Shown: positions 1-9,686, numbered from the stretch's first letter. The stretch is 64,000 nt of DNA from an uncultured Verrucomicrobiae bacterium (GCA_963801815.1 CAWDGJ010000003.1:672001-736000); one strand, 5' to 3'. Notes: generated by a model from the letters alone, not told the origin. Translations and numbers: made by a program.

Positions 1-1269
1 GGAAGTGATGATGCGCAGTTCGGCAACGCTCCGTCGCCGGCTAATCAGATCAGCCAAGTCGTTGTTCCACCCGCTCCGGCCCTGGCGAGCGCGGCTTACG
101 GAACAGAATTGGTCGAGCTGTACTGGGCTTCGCTGCTGCGGGATGTTGCGTTTACCGATTACGCCTCAAATTCCATCGCCTGGCAGGCTGCGGCCGAGCT
201 GACAAGCATGCCTACCTACGCAGGCCCGAGGGATGGGTCCGGCCAGGTCACGCCCGATTTACTTTTTCGCGGCCCCTATCAAGGCGACACCGTGGGACCT
301 TACCTTTCCCAGTTCTATCTCCAGCCCACCTACATGGGGGCGCAGCCGATCAGCCAGCAGTTCGTCACATTTGTGCCGAATATCGATTTCATGACCGACC
401 CGACGACTTTTCAACAGGTCCAGAATGGCATCAGCAGTGGAGCGACGCTGACGTACGATCCACAGGTTCGCTACCTTCATGATGCGCGCGGGCTTTGTGC
501 GTTCACCCACGTCGATGTGCTTTTTCAAACATTTTTCACTGCTTACCTTGTGCTCGGGTTTATCGGCGCGCCGCTGAACTCCGGCAATCCCTACGTCCAC
601 TCGACAAAGCAGAACGGCTTCGGTACTTTCGGCGGTCCGGATTTCGCGGCTACGCTTGCGACCGTTGCTCGTTATGCGTTAAACAGCGTCTGGTATCAAA
701 AATGGTGGATTCACCTCCGTCACCGGCCCGAGTCGGGCGGCGCGATTGTTCGCCAGATTCGAAAGGGATTCGGCAATACCCTCAACGGCCACGTAAATAA
801 CAACGTGCTCAATTCGCAGGCGGTGCAAAGTAGCTTCAACAAATACGGGGACTACTTCCTTTCGCAGGCCTTTCCCGAAGGCTCGCCTACCCATCCGGCT
901 TATCCGACCGGTCACGGCGCGGTCGCGGGTGCTTGCATCACCATCCTGAAATTCTTCTTTGACGGCAGTTTCGTTATTCCCAATCCGATGGTTGCGACCA
1001 ACGACGGGCTTTCACTCGTCCAATATACCGGTGCCGACGCGGGCCAGGTCACGGTCAACGGCGAGCTGAACAAGCTCGCGAACAACGTCTCTTTCGGGCA
1101 CGGGATTCTCTCGGGAATCCACTGGCGCAGCGACACCGCGGCGTCCATTCAACTGGGGGAAGCCGTGGCCATCAGCGTGCTGCAGGATCGAGCGGCAACC
1201 TATGCCGAGAAATTCACCGTCAGTCTGACCAAGATCGACGGTACGACCGCGACGATTTCCAATCAATAG
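1..1269 (+). CDS. Vanadium-dependent haloperoxidase (PAP2 superfamily), N-terminus upstream of window
   Basis: Frame open from base 1; motifs WYQKWWIHLRHRPE, HPAYPTGH, GELNKLA and GIHWRSD typical of VBPO-like enzymes. Confidence 0.85.
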   Translation, partial: GSDDAQFGNAPSPANQISQVVVPPAPALASAAYGTELVELYWASLLRDVAFTDYASNSIAWQAAAELTSMPTYAGPRDGSGQVTPDLLFRGPYQGDTVGPYLSQFYLQPTYMGAQPISQQFVTFVPNIDFMTDPTTFQQVQNGISSGATLTYDPQVRYLHDARGLCAFTHVDVLFQTFFTAYLVLGFIGAPLNSGNPYVHSTKQNGFGTFGGPDFAATLATVARYALNSVWYQKWWIHLRHRPESGGAIVRQIRKGFGNTLNGHVNNNVLNSQAVQSSFNKYGDYFLSQAFPEGSPTHPAYPTGHGAVAGACITILKFFFDGSFVIPNPMVATNDGLSLVQYTGADAGQVTVNGELNKLANNVSFGHGILSGIHWRSDTAASIQLGEAVAISVLQDRAATYAEKFTVSLTKIDGTTATISNQ

Positions 1270-1374
1270 GATGCCAGGGAAAGAAACAAGCAGCTGGGTC
1301 GTATCATTCAGCGGCGCTTAAACATTCAACATTCAGCGGAAGTGACATGTGACCGCGCCGAAGAAAGTAAAAAT

Positions 1375-1440
1375 TAGGAAGTAGGAAGTAGGAATTAGGA
1401 AGTAGAGAAGTACAAGAAGTGACGAGTGACGGGTGACGAG
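1375..1440. repeat. Heptamer tandem repeats (TAGGAAG/TAGGAAT then GTGACGA/GTGACGG)
   Basis: taggaagtaggaagtaggaattaggaag and gtgacgagtgacgggtgacgag read directly. Confidence 0.85.
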
Positions 1441-1676
1441 AGCAGAAAGCGACTTGACCGACCGTTCCAGCGAATCGCAAGCTTTCCGAGGTGTAACGCG
1501 CGATCTCCCGATCCGCTCGGTCGCCATGCCAGGCGACCAATGCAGTCTATCCGCTGGTTTCCCGGCACAGCGTATTCCCTTAATAGAGATTGCCGCAGAG
1601 CGGCATCGCTGGCTTCCGGCCAACGCTGCAAAGCGGCGTGATTGAGTCGTTGACTCCGTTTTGCTAGCAACTCCGT

Positions 1677-2172
1677 ATGAACTTACAGACCTGGGTTTCC
1701 CTCGCAGAGATCATCAGCGCGTTCGCGGTTACCTTGACGCTGATTGCCGTAATCGTATCGGTCCGGCAGAACACGCGATCGCAAAAAGCTCTCGCGGTCG
1801 AATCGCTCGCGGCCGCCATTACCGCAATCAACCTTCCCGGAATGGAGTCGCCCGCTCTTGGAGCGTGCGCTCGCCAAAACGATGGCCGATTGGAGTTCGG
1901 CCAGTCGCGAAGAGCGGATGATAGCGCATTTCTTCTTGTTTTCTTTTTTCAAGCTATTGGAGAACGCCTGGTATCAAAAGAAAGCGGGCATCCTTGATCC
2001 GGCCCAATGGGTTGGTTGGGAAACGATGTTGCGAAGATATTATCATGCCCCTGGAGTCCAGCAGGCCTGGTGGCCCGCGCGCAAGAATGGTTATTCGCCG
2101 GAATTTCAGAAATTCCTCTCCGAAACAAAACCGCCAGAAGAGCTCAGCACTTTGAGCGAATTGTTCGGCTAG
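1677..2172 (+). CDS. Hypothetical protein with N-terminal TM helix; frameshift near 1860
   Basis: ORFs 1677..1997 and 1858..2172 join with one extra base; the join reads as one coherent protein (ENAWYQKKAGILDPAQW). Confidence 0.65.
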
Positions 2173-2229
2173 CGCAGTTATTCTAACAAAGTGACGGGTG
2201 ACCGGTGACAAGAATAGTTGAAAGCAAAA

Positions 2230-2256
2230 CGGCCGAACGTTTTTCACGTTCGGCCG
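2230..2256. terminator. Inverted repeat between convergent genes, probable terminator
   Basis: cggccgaacgt-ttttc-acgttcggccg, perfect 11-bp stem. Confidence 0.55.
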
Positions 2257-2315
2257 CTGTTCACTAAATATTATCGTCGGCAGAAGACGCGCAGGCGTTT
2301 TCTCCGAATTACAGG

Positions 2316-2780
2316 CTACGACTTGTCGTAAGCTAACTTGCTCGTGACCTTTTCGCCTTTGGCGTTGGTCATCGTGCTTGTAACCGTTCGGCTCTTTCGA
2401 TCGGTGGCCACGACGATCGTGCCCTCACCAACAGTTTTGCCATCCTTCTGGCTCACCATGTCGACGGTGTCTTTGCCGTTTATTTTGAACGAGCGTTGAT
2501 CGGCCTGCGGATCACCAGTGACCGCATAGAATTTGCCGTCCAATTTCCCGGCCCACTCGCTGTGAGTTTTGTTACCGTTAGCGTCAGTTCCCTCGACCGT
2601 GCATTTCTGCTGGTCGCCAACTTTTTCCCACACTACGAGGGTGGTTTTACCAGCGCCGTCGCCGAAGGTGGATTTGCTTTCGTTCAGTTTCCACGTGCCC
2701 AAGGTCGGATTGCTCGCGAAACACATTGCGGCTGTCGCGATTGAAAGCGCCAGCGCTAAACCAATTGTTTTTGTTTTCAT
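2316..2780 (-). CDS. Secreted hypothetical protein (beta-rich, GTWKLNESKS motif)
   Basis: Signal peptide MKTKTIGLALALSIATAAMCFA; ATG at 2780. Confidence 0.75.
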   Translation of the reverse strand: MKTKTIGLALALSIATAAMCFASNPTLGTWKLNESKSTFGDGAGKTTLVVWEKVGDQQKCTVEGTDANGNKTHSEWAGKLDGKFYAVTGDPQADQRSFKINGKDTVDMVSQKDGKTVGEGTIVVATDRKSRTVTSTMTNAKGEKVTSKLAYDKS

Positions 2781-3104
2781 TGAATTTTTTTGTCTTCTAA
2801 TCACGAGGCATACCTCGTGTGTTTTGAGTGGACCGGGCCCATTGTTTAGACCGCGACGGACAACGGTCGATGCTATTGCCGCCGAACCGGCTGAGAAACC
2901 GGATGCTCGCTTGCTGGGCGTTAGACCCTGATAGTCCATGCTACCGGTAAGTCAATCGGTTTCGGTGAACTATCGTGGCGAGTGACACGTGACAAGCTGC
3001 AAACCCCGAAAGCTGAAAGCTGAATGGAGCGAAATGGGGTGAGCGACATAGAAGGTAAAGTGACGAGGGTAGGAGCGAGTGAGCGCGGGCAGCGAACGAG
3101 TTTC

Positions 3105-3181
3105 AAAACTGAAAGCGGAAACGCTGAAACGCTGAAACGCTGAAACGCTGAAAGCGGAAAACGGAAAGCGGAAAGCGGAAA
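3105..3181. repeat. Tandem repeats (ACGCTGAA)x4 and (AGCGGAA)n
   Basis: acgctgaaacgctgaaacgctgaaacgctgaaagcggaaaacggaaagcggaaagcggaa. Confidence 0.85.
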
Positions 3182-3376
3182 GGTGGCTGAAGGCGCCAAT
3201 TGGAGGAAGAAGTAGGAATTAAGAGTTAAGAAGGAAAGGGAGCGGAGAACGATGCGCAAGACTGGAACACCACGGAAAGTTGATGGTTGAGCGTTGAGAG
3301 TCCGAAGGATTGCGGATACCGGATAGCGGAGACCGGAAAGATGGCCGAAGTTAAATCTCGAAAACAGGAGGCCGTT

Positions 3377-4294
3377 ATGCCGGACAATCACAAAGTCGTG
3401 TCACGCGAGAAATGGACTGAGGCACGGAAGGAACTTCTCAAAGCGGAAAAGGAGTTGACGAAGCGAAGCGACGAGATTGCGAGAAAACGGCAGGAACTCC
3501 CCTGGGTAAAGATCGACAAGCAGTACCAATTCGAGACCGATGAAGGCGGTTCGTGGGCCGCGAACTCTACGGCGGGAGGCGGTGAGTCCGGCAGCTGCCG
3601 GACGAATCAGTCTAGGGAAGCCGGTGACTCGGTTTTTGGGAAACCGAGGAAAGCCTCGCTGGCTGATCTTTTCCGCGGACGCTCGCAGCTGCTCATGTAT
3701 CATTTCATGTTCGGGCCCGATTACAAAGCGGGGTGTCCATCCTGTTCGTCGATCGCGGATGGGTTCAACGGCATCGCGATTCATCTGGCGAATCATGACG
3801 TGATGTTCTGGGCGGTTTCGCGCGCGCCGCTCGCGCAGTTGAACGAATACAAAAAGCGAATGGGCTGGACGTTTCCCTGGGCATCATCGTTCGGCAGCGA
3901 TTTCAATTTCGATTTCGACGCGTCGTTCACCGAAGAGCAACAGCGCAAGGGAATCGAATACAACTACCGGCGCGAGCCGCCGTCGGAGCCGCGCGGCAAA
4001 GCGCCGCCGCTATCGAGCTCGGCACCCGAAGGACCGATCAGCTTCGCGGCTTCGTCCGGGACCGACGTGGACACGTACACGCGCGAGCGCCCGGGTGTCA
4101 GCGCATTCGCGCTCGAGGACGGCATTGTTTATCACACGTATTCCGCCTACTCACGCGGCGTCGATGGACTCTGGAACATGTATCAATGGCTCGATCGCGC
4201 GCCGAAAGGCCGCAACGAAGACGGCGACCTTTGGTGGAAACGCCATGACGAATACGGCAAAGGCGCATCAGATGACTGCTGCGCCGAGAAGTAA
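3377..4294 (+). CDS. DUF899 thioredoxin-like protein carrying a ~34-aa in-frame insertion
   Basis: AGGAGG RBS before ATG 3377; motifs LPWV, LADLFRGRSQL, YHFMFGPD, GCPSCS, WLDRAPKGRNE. Confidence 0.9.
   Translation: MPDNHKVVSREKWTEARKELLKAEKELTKRSDEIARKRQELPWVKIDKQYQFETDEGGSWAANSTAGGGESGSCRTNQSREAGDSVFGKPRKASLADLFRGRSQLLMYHFMFGPDYKAGCPSCSSIADGFNGIAIHLANHDVMFWAVSRAPLAQLNEYKKRMGWTFPWASSFGSDFNFDFDASFTEEQQRKGIEYNYRREPPSEPRGKAPPLSSSAPEGPISFAASSGTDVDTYTRERPGVSAFALEDGIVYHTYSAYSRGVDGLWNMYQWLDRAPKGRNEDGDLWWKRHDEYGKGASDDCCAEK
3548..3649 (+). repeat. Palindromic element inserted in frame in the DUF899 gene
   Basis: 18-bp perfect palindrome gtccggcagctgccggac (3586-3603) plus hairpin ctcggttt/aaaccgag; similar to the reverse complement of 8075-8165. 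Confidence 0.85.
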
Positions 4295-4361
4295 GAATTA
4301 AGAATTAAAGAAACCAGGTGCGCTTGCCCTGGAATTCGGCCAGCGATACGATCGGCGCTCT

Positions 4362-5723
4362 ATGATTAAGAAACTCCTTTGTTGGTCAGTCACGATCATT
4401 GTGCTGGATGCGGTAACGCTATTCGCGCAAGAAGGGACGACAAAGCCGGCGGAAGGGTCGCTCACTCTAAGTAAGAAGACCTGGCAATTATCGCAGGGCG
4501 TGGCCTACGAAACGACCGCGGACGGCGAAGATGCGGTGGTGGTGGTGCTCAGTAACCAACCGATCACGGCACAAAAGCTGAACGAAGCGCGAGCCGCGGA
4601 AAAGAAAGGCGAGTTTCCCGAATTCAAAAAGCCATTCCTGAAGCTGGTGTTTAACAAGAACGGCGAATTGAAGCTGTGGAATGGGGTCGACAACAACACG
4701 TCAGCCGGCGGAGTTCCCAGCGAAGGCGCCAAAGCCGAGCTGAAGCTGGAGAACGGGCGCGCAATCGGGAAAGCCAGCCATCCGCTCGATCCTTCGGCGA
4801 TGATTCCGAGAAGTTTGGATGTGAAGTTCAACGTGGCGATGTTGAAGGCCAACGAAGAACTGCCGGCGTCGGTTTTGTCGGCCAAGAAGAGTGGAGGGCC
4901 GGCCGCGAACGTGAAACCGACCGTGACCGGCACATTCATGGGGAACGGTAAAGAAGCGAAACTGAATTATGTGTCGGCGCGTTGGGTCGAACCGTTCAGC
5001 GGAAAGACCGGGATCATGCTCGTGTTTACGGAGAAAGATCATTCCAAGGTCAAGAAGCCGGATATCGACGGGATGTTTGGAAAATTCGGCAGCGCGCTGA
5101 TCATCTCGCTTCACGAAGACGGCGACATCTACAGCTGTCAGGTCGTGCACAACGCGATGAAGAACAAAGGGTTTAGCTCAAGCGGCTCGATTGAAGCCAC
5201 TCCGTTCGCTTATGAGAATGGGCAGGTCGAAGGCGAAATCACGACGAACGGCGACGTCGATACATTCGGCGAGAAGTGGGCGGTGAAATTGAAGTTCGTC
5301 GCGCCGTTGGGCGAGATTCCGAAGGAATATCAGGTCGCAGAGGAGAAACCGGCGGCGAATCCATCAAAAGAGAGCAATGAAGAAGATGCCGCGATGACTC
5401 AGGCTGACGAAAAGCCTGCCGCGGCCGGGCCGAAAGCGAAGGAATTGGCCCTGACCAACGATGCTTCGGAGATCAACTACGCCGGCCTGGTTGGGCAAAT
5501 TGATTTCAAGAGCAAGTTGCCGGTGAAAGCTGCGTGCGCGGATGTGACCAAAAATCTGAAGGCCCAGGGATGGAGTAAGGATGGGGATGATCTCATCACG
5601 CCGGCTTCATCGATTCTGAGGCGCAAACGCGGTGGAGCGTCACTCACTATTTTCGTTAAACCGGACGGGAGCGGGAGTCAGATTAAGATGATGACGGAGG
5701 GACTAGAATGGGAGGAAAACTGA
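4362..5723 (+). CDS. Secreted hypothetical protein, possibly with two internally repeated domains
   Basis: 453-aa ORF with signal peptide; no recognisable family. Confidence 0.75.
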   Translation: MIKKLLCWSVTIIVLDAVTLFAQEGTTKPAEGSLTLSKKTWQLSQGVAYETTADGEDAVVVVLSNQPITAQKLNEARAAEKKGEFPEFKKPFLKLVFNKNGELKLWNGVDNNTSAGGVPSEGAKAELKLENGRAIGKASHPLDPSAMIPRSLDVKFNVAMLKANEELPASVLSAKKSGGPAANVKPTVTGTFMGNGKEAKLNYVSARWVEPFSGKTGIMLVFTEKDHSKVKKPDIDGMFGKFGSALIISLHEDGDIYSCQVVHNAMKNKGFSSSGSIEATPFAYENGQVEGEITTNGDVDTFGEKWAVKLKFVAPLGEIPKEYQVAEEKPAANPSKESNEEDAAMTQADEKPAAAGPKAKELALTNDASEINYAGLVGQIDFKSKLPVKAACADVTKNLKAQGWSKDGDDLITPASSILRRKRGGASLTIFVKPDGSGSQIKMMTEGLEWEEN

Positions 5724-5757
5724 AAACTGAAAACTGAAAACTGAAAAGCTGAAACGC
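5715..5757. repeat. (GAAAACT)x4 tandem repeat overlapping the stop codon of 4362..5723
   Basis: gaaaactgaaaactgaaaactgaaaactgaaaagctgaaacgc. Confidence 0.85.
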
Positions 5758-5863
5758 TCTGCAAGGACTACGGCGTGACAGACCAACGAGCGACGAAAAG
5801 CTGATAGCTGAGCACCTAACTCTACGGTTGCTAGCTGCAGTCTCAATCGACAAGATCGACATC

Positions 5864-6628
5864 ATGCCAAAAGAATTTGAAGGAAAGGTCGCGCTGGTGA
5901 CGGGCGGAGGTTCTGGAATCGGTCGCGCGAGCGCGATCGCGTTGGCGCGCGACGGCGCGAAGGTCATGATCGGCAATCGCAATGTTCAGCGCGGCGAGGA
6001 GACGGTGGCGATGATTCAAAAGGCTGGCGGGACGGCGAACTTCAAACGAACCGACGTGACTGTCGCAGCGGAGATAAAAGCATTGGTCGATCACGCAGTG
6101 AAAACGTACGGCGGACTCGATTTTGCGTTCAACAACGCCGGTGTTGAAGGCGATGTCGCATCGGTTGTCGATCAAACCGAGGCGAGCTACGACGCCGTCA
6201 TGGATGTGAATGTCAAAGGCGTGTGGCTTTCGATGAAGTACGAAATTCCGCGGATGTTGGAGCGCGGCGGCGGCGCGATCGTGAACTGTTCGTCGGTCGC
6301 GGGATTGATCGGGTTTCCGAATATGTCGATCTACATGGCATCAAAGCACGCCGTCATCGGGCTCACGAAAGTCGCCGCGTTGGAATATTCCGCGCAAGGG
6401 ATCCGGATCAACGCGGTCAATCCGGCGGTCATCGACACGGAAATGGTCGACCGGCTGGCGGCGGCGATGAGTATGAAGAAAAATGACGACCTTGTCCCGC
6501 TGCATCCGATTGGGCGACTTGGCCGGGTCGAGGAGATCGCGGACGCAGTCGTCTGGTTGTGTTCCAAGAAATCATCTTTTGTGGCCGGGCACAGTCTGAT
6601 CGTCGATGGCGGCTTCACCGCGCGGTAG
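5864..6628 (+). CDS. SDR family oxidoreductase
   Basis: TGGGSGIG, NNAG, YMASKHA and IVDGG motifs. Confidence 0.95.
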   Translation: MPKEFEGKVALVTGGGSGIGRASAIALARDGAKVMIGNRNVQRGEETVAMIQKAGGTANFKRTDVTVAAEIKALVDHAVKTYGGLDFAFNNAGVEGDVASVVDQTEASYDAVMDVNVKGVWLSMKYEIPRMLERGGGAIVNCSSVAGLIGFPNMSIYMASKHAVIGLTKVAALEYSAQGIRINAVNPAVIDTEMVDRLAAAMSMKKNDDLVPLHPIGRLGRVEEIADAVVWLCSKKSSFVAGHSLIVDGGFTAR

Positions 6629-6641
6629 GGCCACAGAAGAG

Positions 6642-6714
6642 AGAGGACAGAGGACAGAGGACAGAGGACAGAGGACAGAGGACAGAGGACAGAGGACAGA
6701 GGACAGAGGACAGA
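6642..6714. repeat. (AGAGGAC)x10 perfect tandem repeat
   Basis: Ten perfect heptamers between two convergent stop codons. Confidence 0.95.
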
Positions 6715-6716
6715 AG

Positions 6717-7343
6717 TTATTGGCGTTCGGATACGTTGAAAAAGTTCCATTCCCAGGTCTTTCCTTTGTCGGCGGAAAAGGCCTGGCCCCAGAGCAGCCG
6801 CTCCTTGTTTCGCGCATCCCACCGAAACATCACGATGATCGGTTTGCCCTTGAAGGTGTCTTTGGCGAAGAAATGTCCTACTCCATTTTCAAACGATCCC
6901 ACGACCGGAGGATCAATCGTCGCGGTATTACTGGCGATCCAATAAAGACTCCATAAACGGGTTTTCGGATCGAACAGGCGAATCGTCAGGCCCTCGAAGA
7001 GCTTGCCTTCCTGTCCAGGGAACTGGGTCGTCGAATAAGTATCCATGTCGGCGGTGTTCGCGAGGATCTTGGTGTTCGCGCTCGTGGAATCGAATTCGGT
7101 CCAGGTTTTGCAGTTCTCCAGTCGTTTATCGAGGTGGCGGTTATGCATTTTCCAGTTCCCGACGAGGAAATCGAAGTCGCTCGGTGACGAAGTCGCCGAT
7201 GCCGTGAGAACGAGATTGCCCTTGGCATCGAAATTCACTTTCGGAATCGGAACCGATTCATCTGCGGTCAGGCCGTCGGTTGCGGCGGCCCAAACGCCGG
7301 GCGAAAAAACTGAAAGCAAGAGCAGAGCGAGGAGTGGTTTCAT
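6717..7343 (-). CDS. Secreted hypothetical protein (DUF1579-like)
   Basis: Signal peptide; DFDFLVGNW, PPVVGSF and QAFSADKGKTWEWN motifs. Confidence 0.75.
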   Translation of the reverse strand: MKPLLALLLLSVFSPGVWAAATDGLTADESVPIPKVNFDAKGNLVLTASATSSPSDFDFLVGNWKMHNRHLDKRLENCKTWTEFDSTSANTKILANTADMDTYSTTQFPGQEGKLFEGLTIRLFDPKTRLWSLYWIASNTATIDPPVVGSFENGVGHFFAKDTFKGKPIIVMFRWDARNKERLLWGQAFSADKGKTWEWNFFNVSERQ

Positions 7344-7479
7344 AGGATTACCTTCCTAGAAAACGGAAAGCTGAAAAGCGGAAAGCGGAAAACGAAAGAA
7401 GTGACAAGGAACAAGCAAGGAAAGTTAAAATTAGGAAGTATGAATTAGGAAATCGGAAATCCGAGGTTGGGATTCGAGC

Positions 7480-7940
7480 TTAGATTTTTTCCCAGACTCG
7501 ATCGGCCACGGGGTCGCGGCCTTCGTCGAATTCGATGTGGTCGATGAGGGTTTCGATTGGTTTTCCGGTGAGGCCGCTTTCCTTAATGCGCTGGGGGAGA
7601 ATGTGGCTGCGTTCGTCGCGCCAACCTAACTTGGCGATGAAGCGGTTCCAAACGTGGCATTCTTCGTCAGTGCGCGGAATGCCGTGAGCGTGCGCCCAGG
7701 CCAGAACGGCTTCATCGTTTCGCCGGCGAGAACGTGATGCTTGATGTCAGAGTGGGAGACGCCGAGAAAGCGGCAGCAGCGACCATCGAGAGTGAAAAAT
7801 TGCGCGTCGCCCAGGTAATCGTGGTAAGCGGGCGGGAGTTGACCCGCGGCGTGCAGGCGAATCTTGTCCAGCATCCGCCCAAAATAGATCAGGCGTCCGA
7901 CTTTATCGTAGCAACTGCGCAGACCCGGAACGTTTGGCAT
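7480..7940 (-). CDS. DUF5069-family protein; frameshift near 7718
   Basis: LRSCYDKVGRLIYFGRMLDKIRLHAAG continues in a shifted frame as DEAVLAWA...DHIEFDEGRDP to TAA at 7480. Confidence 0.75.
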
Positions 7941-8074
7941 GGACAAAGTCTCGCTCAGGGCGCTTTGCTTTCCAATTTTGGAATCCGATGAAAACTCAAA
8001 TTACAGCGGCGTAGTATAGAAAACTGAAACGCGGAAAGTCCGAGCCTGGAGTTGGGAGCGGCGTTTCGTTGTCT

Positions 8075-8165
8075 CTCAGTTTTCACCAAAACTGAGTCAC
8101 CGGCTGCCCTAGACCGACTCGTCCGGCAGCTGCCGGACTCGCGGCCTTACGCTCCCGCTAGTTCG
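8075..8165 (-). repeat. Intergenic copy of the palindromic element found in the DUF899 gene
   Basis: Same palindrome at 8121-8138; hairpin ctcagtttt/aaaactgag at 8075-8096. Confidence 0.85.
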
Positions 8166-8288
8166 GCAAGAATGTTCCCAGAATATGAATTGCCGCAGAG
8201 CGGCGGCCTTCCGCCGTAAAGTTCGCGCCTGCGAACCGCTCTATATAATAGGTGCTTTAGCCGCCTAACAGACGATAGTACCGTTGTT

Positions 8289-9659
8289 ATGTCATTTCGC
8301 GCACTCAATCTCTCCCCCCAAATGTTACAGGCCGTGCAGGACGCGGGTTACACCGAGCCGACTCCGATTCAGATCGCAGCGATCCCACTGATTCTCGCGG
8401 GACACGATGTCATCGGCATCGCGCAGACGGGCACGGGAAAAACGGCTGCGTTCGTTCTGCCGATTCTAATGAAGCTCGTAGAATCGAAACAGAAAGTAAC
8501 GCACGCCTATAACGGAGCTCGCAACGGCCAGTCTGGCTCGGACCGTGGCACGCGCGCGCTGGTGGTCGCCCCGACGCGAGAGCTGGTGGCGCAGATCGAG
8601 GAGAACGTGCGCGCTTACGCGAAACATGTTCCGCTGCGCATGGCCACGGTTTTCGGCGGAGTGAGCGAACGTCCGCAGATCGAGGCGTTGCGTTCCGGTG
8701 TCGATCTTGTCGTGGCTACGCCGGGCCGGTTGATCGATTTGATGGACCAACGAGTCGCCAATCTTTCGGGCATCGAGTTTCTGGTGCTGGACGAAGCCGA
8801 TCGAATGCTCGACATGGGTTTTCTTCCGCCGATTCGCCGGATCGTGAAAGCGTTGCCGCAAAAGCGCCAGACGCTCATGTTCTCTGCTTCGCTTTCGCAC
8901 GAAATCGAGCAGTTAACCCATCAGTTCCAACATTCGCCAAAGATTGTGGAGATTGGCCGGCGCGCGAACCCGGCCGACACGGTCACGCAGTTAGCTTACG
9001 AAGTGCGGCAGCATTTGAAACCCGCGTTACTGCTTCATCTCCTGGCCGATCCGCAATTCGACACCGTTCTTGTTTTTAGCCGGACCAAGCACGGCGCGGA
9101 CAAGATCGCTCGCCGTCTCGAAAGCAGCGGGATCAAGACGGGAACGATCCATTCCAATCGCTCGCAGAACCAGCGGCTTCGCGCGTTGAAGGATTTCAAA
9201 TCGGGCGCCGTCCGCGTCTTGGTCGCGACCGATATCGCTGCGCGCGGCATCGACGTGGATGGGATTTCGCACGTGGTGAATTACGATTTCCCGATGCACT
9301 CCGAGGATTATGTTCATCGCATCGGACGCACCGGCCGCGCCCACGCCATCGGCGATGCGATCAGCTTCATTACGCCGGAAGATCATGGACCGCTGCGATC
9401 GCTCGAACGTTTCATCGGACGCGGAATCGTGCGAAAGAAAGCGGAAGGTTTTGATTACAACGCCGCCGCTCCGCCGCACGAACACCAGAGGAGGGGAGAC
9501 GCACGCTCTTCCCGGCCGCAGAAAATCGAACCGCGGTTACCCGGAAATTCCAGGCATGGGAACGGTGAGGCATCCCACCGTGGCGGTGGTCATCCTCCTC
9601 GTGGCTTTTCATCGACTAACTATCGGCCGGCGAGAAGATCGTACCGAAGACATAGGTAA
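8289..9659 (+). CDS. DEAD-box RNA helicase (RhlE-like)
   Basis: Q motif, AQTGTGKT, PTREL, TPGRL, DEADRML and HRIGRTGRA; basic C-terminal tail. Confidence 0.95.
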   Translation: MSFRALNLSPQMLQAVQDAGYTEPTPIQIAAIPLILAGHDVIGIAQTGTGKTAAFVLPILMKLVESKQKVTHAYNGARNGQSGSDRGTRALVVAPTRELVAQIEENVRAYAKHVPLRMATVFGGVSERPQIEALRSGVDLVVATPGRLIDLMDQRVANLSGIEFLVLDEADRMLDMGFLPPIRRIVKALPQKRQTLMFSASLSHEIEQLTHQFQHSPKIVEIGRRANPADTVTQLAYEVRQHLKPALLLHLLADPQFDTVLVFSRTKHGADKIARRLESSGIKTGTIHSNRSQNQRLRALKDFKSGAVRVLVATDIAARGIDVDGISHVVNYDFPMHSEDYVHRIGRTGRAHAIGDAISFITPEDHGPLRSLERFIGRGIVRKKAEGFDYNAAAPPHEHQRRGDARSSRPQKIEPRLPGNSRHGNGEASHRGGGHPPRGFSSTNYRPARRSYRRHR

Positions 9660-9686
9660 GTGAAGTGACGAGTGACCCGCCACGGC

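Noticed and set aside
6331..6956. ORFs with EDRGQRT / LCPLSSV peptide repeats
   Set aside because: These are translations of the (AGAGGAC)n DNA repeat overlapping real genes.
8478..8552. Possible repeat insertion in the helicase loop VESKQKVTHAYNGARNGQSGSDRGT
   Set aside because: This loop is naturally variable in DEAD-box helicases, and no second copy was seen in the window.
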